Positions 58,580-64,000 of a stretch of DNA of 64,000 bases are shown here, piece after piece; positions within the stretch are counted from its first letter, which is position 1, and each line of letters starts with the position of its first letter. A program made the translations under genes and the position numbers. The notes beneath the pieces were generated by a model. The model was not told the DNA's origin and did not search any database. It saw only the letters and a list, made by a program, of their open reading frames with translations. Source of the DNA: Spirochaetia bacterium (GTDB taxonomy: Bacteria; Spirochaetota; Spirochaetia; SZUA-6; Bin103). The stretch is from positions 128,001 to 192,000 of the forward strand of contig CBDAOI010000001.1 in NCBI GenBank assembly GCA_965198005.1, in the 5' to 3' direction.

Positions 58580-58758
58580 GATATGTCTCCTCTTCTTCAA
58601 GAGTCGGCACGGTCACACCGTGATACGGAGGACCATGAACAACGATGCTCAGGCATCGCCCGCTGGTCAGCTCTTTCGGACCAGCATGCAACGGACTGCC
58701 GCCCCTCGTCGGCTCTCGAAGGCTGGCTGCGGTAGCCGGTTCCGGCGAGGGGGACATC

Positions 58759-58789
58759 TTCGGTTATTCGGTTATTCGGTTATTCGGTT
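58759..58789. repeat. Tandem 8-mer (TTCGGTTA) x ~3.9
   Basis: Directly visible in the sequence. Confidence 0.9.
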
Positions 58790-59121
58790 GATCGTGAATT
58801 ACATCCGCACCTCCTGATTCGTGCGCCAGCTACCGGCCGCCCGGCGAGCGTTCGGGACAGGAGTCGAAAACCCGGTGCAGGGAGATCGGCGAAGCGCGGA
58901 GTCTGATTGGCCGGCACCGCCGGCATGGTGGACGTAGACGAACGGAATGGGCCAATGCGGCACCCCGGGGGCGGTGCTCGGGCGCCAGTAGCGTGGGCCG
59001 GTGAACTGCAATGCGTAGTCAAGCATCATCCGTATCCGTTCGAGTCCCCAACCCCGATACCATCGCGAAGGGCCGGCCCGCCGGCCTTGCAGGCCCGCGC
59101 GAGACGGCCTACGCTGCCGCC

Positions 59122-60146
59122 ATGGCCAGCATCAAGGCACCGCCCACCAGGCGGCACGACGTATACGAAGTAGGGCAACCCCGGCACGCCCAGCCGCCGG
59201 CATTCCCGGGCTGCAAGCCCGTCCGCCTGCCGCGCACCGAGATCGACCGCTTCGAGGGGCGCCTCGAGTATTGGGATGCGGCCACCGAGACCGCCTGGAT
59301 CTGCGAGCCGACCACTCCCTATCACGAGCGGCCCTCGCGGCTCCTGACGCGCCTGGCCGAGCGGATTGCCGGCGTGCGCGGTTCGCCGATCGAATGCTAC
59401 GGCTCGATGGACCTGCTGCTGCGCGACGCCGGCGGCGAGCCGCGGCGCATCATGCAGGCGGACGAGTCGGTGTACCTGCATCCGGCGCGGGCCAAGCCGG
59501 GGCGGCCATGGTGGTCGGCGAGGACGACTTCCCCGACGTGGTGCTGGAGCCGGGGCCGGCGGCCATGGTGGTCGGCGAGGATGACTTCCCCGACGTGGTG
59601 CTGGAAGTGGATCACACTACGGACGCGCGGCGGGCCAAGCTGGCGCTGTACGAGGACTGGGGCTTCCCGGAAGTGTGGGTGGAGGTGCCGGACACGCTGT
59701 CGCCGAGGCGGGCACGTGGGCGCCGCCCGGGACTGACGATTCACCTGCTGGAGCATGGTCGGTTCCGGGTTGCGGCCGAGAGCCGGGCGTTTCCCGGCTG
59801 GCAGGCGGACGAGATTCACGAAGCGTTGAACGAGCCGGCGCCGTCCGCGCGCACCAGCACGGTGGTGGAGCGAGTCGGGGCGGCGCTGGGCGCGCGCGCA
59901 GGCACCGGCCCGGACGACGACCCGCTGCTGCGCTCGCAACGGCGCCAGGGGTTCGAGCGCGGTCGGGCGCAGATGGTCCGTCAGATACTGCGGTCACGGG
60001 GCATCAAGGTGTCGCCGAGGTTCCCCGCCGACGCGGCGGCGTTCGCCGCGGCGTCCGAGGAGGCGTTGCTGGCGGCGGCGCTTGGCTGCGCGGCTGAGGC
60101 GGACTTCATTGCCGCGCTCCGAAGATTGCGCGACCAGGGCGGCTGA
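59122..60146 (+). pseudogene. Uma2-family endonuclease, frameshifted by an internal ~55-bp tandem duplication (59495-59604)
   Basis: HE, MQADESVY, PDVVLEVDHTT and Y..WGFPEVW motifs; AMVVGEDDFPDVVLE encoded twice. Confidence 0.82.
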
Positions 60147-60224
60147 CCTCGACGATGATGATGCCGCCGAACCCGGCCTCGGTTGCCTTCCCGCTGGCCG
60201 AGATGGTACGTTTCCAGCGGTTTC

Positions 60225-60638
60225 ATGCGCCATACGACGGAAATCTCGTTAGTCAATCGAGCCGATGAAATCCGGGCTGAGAGCGGCATCATCGAGCGCG
60301 CGAGAGTGCGGCGGCTGGTAGTGCGCGATGCGTTGGTCGACACCGGTGCCACCCGGCTCTCGTTGCCTCAATCCCTGATCTCCCAGTTGGGGCTCACGCC
60401 GGTCGGCACGACGCGTTCCTTTACCGCCAACGGCACCGTGGAGCGGAGCATCTATTCGGAGGTCAGATTCACCGTCCTGGGGAGGTCCGGCACGCTCGAG
60501 GTTACCAACCTCCCCGACGGCGCGCCGGTGCTGGTCGGCCATATGGTCATGGAATTACTGGACTTGGCCGTGGACATGCAGCGCGGTCTCATCTACAACC
60601 CCGCCCACGATGGCAAGTGGATCGAGGAGCAACTCTGA
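60225..60638 (+). CDS. Clan AA (retropepsin-like) aspartyl protease
   Basis: ALVDTGAT.L.LP, TANG and LVG...MELLDL motifs. Confidence 0.82.
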   Translation: MRHTTEISLVNRADEIRAESGIIERARVRRLVVRDALVDTGATRLSLPQSLISQLGLTPVGTTRSFTANGTVERSIYSEVRFTVLGRSGTLEVTNLPDGAPVLVGHMVMELLDLAVDMQRGLIYNPAHDGKWIEEQL

Positions 60639-60717
60639 ACCGGGGCACCACATGGCATGCTCAGTGGGTCTCTCTCGTTGAGGGCGAGCAGCATGAGACG
60701 CCCGAGCCCCGGCTAGC

Positions 60718-61342
60718 TAGTGCGTTCTTGATGGCGTGTCGCACGACCACCACGCGCTCGCGCGCCCCTTTGGCCCACGCAGTGCGAATGTAGTCCTGCC
60801 TCAGCACCTCGAGCATCATCGTGCGCGTCATGCGCATGACGGCGGCGGCGCCTGCGGTGCCGAGGATCAGACTCGGTACGAAGAACCCAGAAGTTGGGCG
60901 TGGCCAGGCCAACGATCGCCACCGATCGTCCGATGTAGTCGCCCACCTTGTCCCGCCTGATGGCGGAGTAGATGCCCACCGGCAGCGCGATGACCAGGCC
61001 AATCAAGATCGTCAGCAAGCCTAGCTCAAACGTGACCGGCACGCGTCCGAGAATTCGCTCGCCGACCTCCCAACCGTGCAACAGGGATTTGCCGAGGCTG
61101 CCGCGTAGGATGATGTCGCCCACCCAGCGCCCATACTGGACGTATATGGGCTGGTCGAGCCCGAACATCTTCTCGACCGCCGCGGGATCCGCATCGAGAA
61201 TGCCACCGGTCAGCATCATCTGCTCCATCATCACGTCGACGATGTCGCCGGGGATGAAGCGGACCGACAGGAACACCAGCATCGACAGGATGACCAGGGT
61301 CGGAATCGCAAGCAACAGACGACGGATGAGGTACGCTGTCAT
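60718..61342 (-). pseudogene. OppB/DppB-like permease with an internal deletion (~60887) and 3' truncation
   Basis: MTAYLIRRLL...ATPNFW | FFVPSLILG...QDYIRTAWAKG...RHAIKNAL, after which homology ends. Confidence 0.85.
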
Positions 61343-61401
61343 CTCACTTGGCAGCCGCAGACCACGCTCCCGCCATACCCGTTCTTGGGAAATTGCAGAG
61401 T

Positions 61402-61500
61402 CCGCCCTGAGGCGGGTCCACTGCGAGTCGCTTACGGCGAGACGCTCGGGGAGCCCGCCCCAAGGCGGGCTCCTTAACGATCCGTCCGTGGACGGATCGT
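61402..61500. other. Cluster of consecutive hairpins between SBP and permease
   Basis: GGAGCCCGCC-CCAA-GGCGGGCTCC (61450-61473), ACGATCCGTC-CGTG-GACGGATCGT (61477-61500), CCGCC-CTGA-GGCGG (61402-61415). Confidence 0.75.
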
Positions 61501-63293
61501 CAGAACCCCATCTCCCGCTTCAGATCCTGATCGATCCAGAGACGCGAGTAGATCAGAATACGGTCCATGTCGCCGGGGTCGGCCTCGCCGTTGTAGCCCT
61601 TCACCCACGGCCAGAACGCGTTGAACTGTGGCACGCGGGCGCCCCAGATCGGAACGTGCTGACGGTTGAGATAGTCGGAGGCCTCCCTGGAGAGTCGCTG
61701 GCGCTCTTCCAACGTGGTGGCCGTCTGCACGCGCCTGACCATCTCGTCGTAGACCGGATCGTCGAGTCTGCGGGGCGGGTCGTTTGCCCAGTATAGGAGT
61801 TGACCCGTCGGATTCCACTCGTATCCGGAAACCCCCATGCGGACGTCGAAGTCCTTCGCGCGGCGCCGAGCCATCACTACGGGGCCCTCAAGATAGGAGA
61901 TCGTTACATCAATGCCGATCTCTCGCCAGCCCGCCGCCAGGAGCTCATTCCAGCCTTGGTCGCCAAACGTTGGTGTAGAGATTGCCTCCATCTCGAAGCG
62001 GGTCCCGTCGGCGCCGCGCGGTAAGCCGGCTTCGTCGAGCAGCCTCTCGGCCTCTGCCGGATTGTAGGAATACGCCGCCTTGAGGTCCGCCGGCCAGTCC
62101 TCGTAGCGAGTCATGTAGGGATACAGGGCTCGCCCCAACCACCCCTGTGGCTGGGTGACTGCATAGCCCTTGAAGTAGGTTTCGCCCCAGCCCTCGATGT
62201 CGAGGGCCAACTGCAGAGCGCGGCGCACGCGGACGTCGTCGAAGGGCGGCTTGTTCGGGTTGACGACGGGGGACGTCTCAGACCGATAGGAGTAGCCCTC
62301 GACAACGATGTCAGGGTTGGTGCGTTGCAGGCTCTCCACCTGGTCGATCGACGTAAGCTGTGCGCTTCCCTGGAAGCCGACGAAATCGACCTTTGCCGAG
62401 CGCAAGGCGGCAAGACGCGTCTGGGGCTCGGACATCACCAGTGCGGTGATGGTGTCGACATAGGGCAGCCGGTTCTGGGCGAACTTCTCGTCGAAGCCCC
62501 AGTAGCCGGGAGCCTTGTCCCAGGTGATGGAGCTGCCTTCCACCCAGTCCGTGAGCTCAAAGGGTCCGGTGCCTACCAGGTTCTGCCAATCGCCGATATC
62601 GACTCCGGTCCCCGCCCGAATCACCTCCGGCGGATAGATGAACAGGACGTTCTGCGTCAGGAGCGTCTTGACCGCGTCCAGGTTCAACTCCGCCAGCTTG
62701 AAGACGACGCTGTTGCCCTGGGCCGTTACGGAGGTGATGCCGAGGTTGTCCGCGGACGACACGGCAGCGACGCCTTCCGGCACCTCGGTGAAGCCGCTAC
62801 CCAACCCGAGGAAGCGGTGGAAGTTGAACTCCACGTCCTTGGCGGTGAGCGCGCGACCGTTCATCGGCGCCTTGTCATGCCAGTTCACGCCCTGGCGGAT
62901 GTGAAAAACGATGGTCGTGGGGTCGGGCTGCTCCCAGCGCTCGGCCAGGCGTCCGACGATGATGTCGTCGGGCAGGTAGGTGGTGCGGAAGTCGAACTTG
63001 TCGCGACTGACGCCCCAGTCACCGATACCGAGCTTCTCCACCACGAGGCCTGCCACGATCGCGGGCGGGTGGCGGTAGTACGTGTCCACCGTTGGCGGAT
63101 CCTCGCGCAGCGTGACGGTGAGCGTGCCGCCGTACTCTGGGGCGGTGACCATCTTTCCGGTGGTCGGGTCCGTCACCATCGGCTTCTCGGTCGCCGCAGC
63201 TGCCCCTTCGCCTTCTCCGCTGGCAAACGTAACGGTAGCCACCAGCGCGAGCGCCAGTGTCAATAAAGCGATTCTGAAAATGAAGTAGTTCAT
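61500..63293 (-). CDS. ABC transporter substrate-binding protein, family 5 (paralogue of 56759-58579)
   Basis: Signal peptide ...TFASGEGE; shared VTDP.TGK..TAPEYGG, MNGR.LTA.DV and GTGPF motifs. Confidence 0.93.
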   Translation of the reverse strand: MNYFIFRIALLTLALALVATVTFASGEGEGAAAATEKPMVTDPTTGKMVTAPEYGGTLTVTLREDPPTVDTYYRHPPAIVAGLVVEKLGIGDWGVSRDKFDFRTTYLPDDIIVGRLAERWEQPDPTTIVFHIRQGVNWHDKAPMNGRALTAKDVEFNFHRFLGLGSGFTEVPEGVAAVSSADNLGITSVTAQGNSVVFKLAELNLDAVKTLLTQNVLFIYPPEVIRAGTGVDIGDWQNLVGTGPFELTDWVEGSSITWDKAPGYWGFDEKFAQNRLPYVDTITALVMSEPQTRLAALRSAKVDFVGFQGSAQLTSIDQVESLQRTNPDIVVEGYSYRSETSPVVNPNKPPFDDVRVRRALQLALDIEGWGETYFKGYAVTQPQGWLGRALYPYMTRYEDWPADLKAAYSYNPAEAERLLDEAGLPRGADGTRFEMEAISTPTFGDQGWNELLAAGWREIGIDVTISYLEGPVVMARRRAKDFDVRMGVSGYEWNPTGQLLYWANDPPRRLDDPVYDEMVRRVQTATTLEERQRLSREASDYLNRQHVPIWGARVPQFNAFWPWVKGYNGEADPGDMDRILIYSRLWIDQDLKREMGF

Positions 63294-63542
63294 GAGAAAA
63301 ACCTCCGATTCTCGATTCTCGATTGTTGTGCGTTCCGGCAACGCCGGGGGTGATTGCTGACTGAGGACCAAGCAGGGCGGTGGCCAACGCGCGGGGGCGT
63401 CGGTTCACCGTGCCGGGCGCTCGGAGTGTGACGTGAGAGTTGGAGCTTACTGCCGGCCCTGGTGCCACTGGCGGTTGCAGCACCAGGCGCGCCCACTCGC
63501 CGGCGTTCCCTGGGTAGAGATAGGCAGAAATAGCAAGTACAC

Positions 63543-63572
63543 TTGACACTTCGGTATGAGGGGAACTACTCT
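63543..63572 (+). promoter_or_regulatory. Candidate sigma70 promoter
   Basis: TTGACA-N18-TACTCT, ending 7 nt before the ATG at 63580. Confidence 0.5.
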
Positions 63573-63579
63573 CGGCGAG

Positions 63580-64000
63580 ATGTATCTCAGCGTGCTCAAA
63601 GCCGCGATGGCAAAGAAGGCGTATCGCCAGTCAGACGTGGCCCGGGCAGCCGGGGTGACCCGGCAGGCCGTCTCGCTGTGGTTTGCACAGCATCATGATT
63701 TCCAGAACGTGCACGTGGCCACCCTCCTGAACCTGAGCGAGAGTCTCGGTATCGACCCAGCCGAGTTCCTCCAACCGCTTCCGGGTATCTCCGATCTCTC
63801 CACTGCACGACGACTGTACGCGGAGTTCTGCTGGGATCGCTCCTATCCGAATATCTATAGCTTCCTGGTCGCACTGGCCGGATCAGAGCCGCGTGCCGTC
63901 GCCCGCTTCATCGAGAGCCGCGGAATATATGAGGCGGCGGCCCTGTTGGGCGAGCGGACGTGGCGCGCCTACCGCGGCCTCCGCAAGCATCTGCCTCCGG
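63580..64000 (+). CDS. XRE-family HTH protein (antitoxin/regulator), runs off the window
   Basis: Hand translation MYLSVLKAAMAKKAYRQSDVARAAGVTRQAVSLWF...; open to the end of the window. Confidence 0.75.
   Translation, partial: MYLSVLKAAMAKKAYRQSDVARAAGVTRQAVSLWFAQHHDFQNVHVATLLNLSESLGIDPAEFLQPLPGISDLSTARRLYAEFCWDRSYPNIYSFLVALAGSEPRAVARFIESRGIYEAAALLGERTWRAYRGLRKHLPP

Noticed and set aside
58799..59070. Protein-like fragment RWYRGWGLERIRMMLDYALQFTGPRYWRP...
   Set aside because: Probably another gene stub, but I cannot assign a family or a start.

Overview
High-GC bacterial chromosomal segment, very probably from a Spirochaetota (Spirochaetia) genome. The evidence is gene order I recall from Borrelia (murC-yicC-cmk-rpoZ-miaA-bS22; acpS-truA-UDG-priA; def-fmt-PASTA) and spirochaete-type SBP signal peptides. 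Backbone operons: def/fmt, priA/truA/acpS/folP, miaA/rpoZ/cmk/yicC/murC/tRNA-Glu, acetoin/2-oxoacid dehydrogenase E1a-E1b-E2, sucCD, htrA, a coproporphyrin-type heme cluster (hemA, chdC, hemE, hemH, hemY) with a divergent HTH regulator, CBS-korA-korB-CBS, gpgS, and two family-5 ABC transporter loci. These are repeatedly interrupted by small accessory genes (Uma2 nucleases, nucleotidyltransferase, AlbA_2/Schlafen-ATPase-TPR, HsdR_N, AAA ATPase, NYN, aspartyl protease, XRE) and by many 5'/3' gene stubs, internal deletions and local duplications. No integrase, transposase, CRISPR array or rRNA was found. Most notable: a 29-aa bS22 ribosomal protein gene missed by the ORF track; a ChdC-based heme pathway with a dedicated regulator; a KorAB operon bracketed by two CBS proteins (one with a zinc ribbon); GpgS coupled to a catalytically degenerate M20 protein; and a recurring mosaic of stubs from multicopy gene families with short tandem repeats at several junctions. 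Family assignments come from motif recognition, not database searches, and some lesions may be assembly artefacts.
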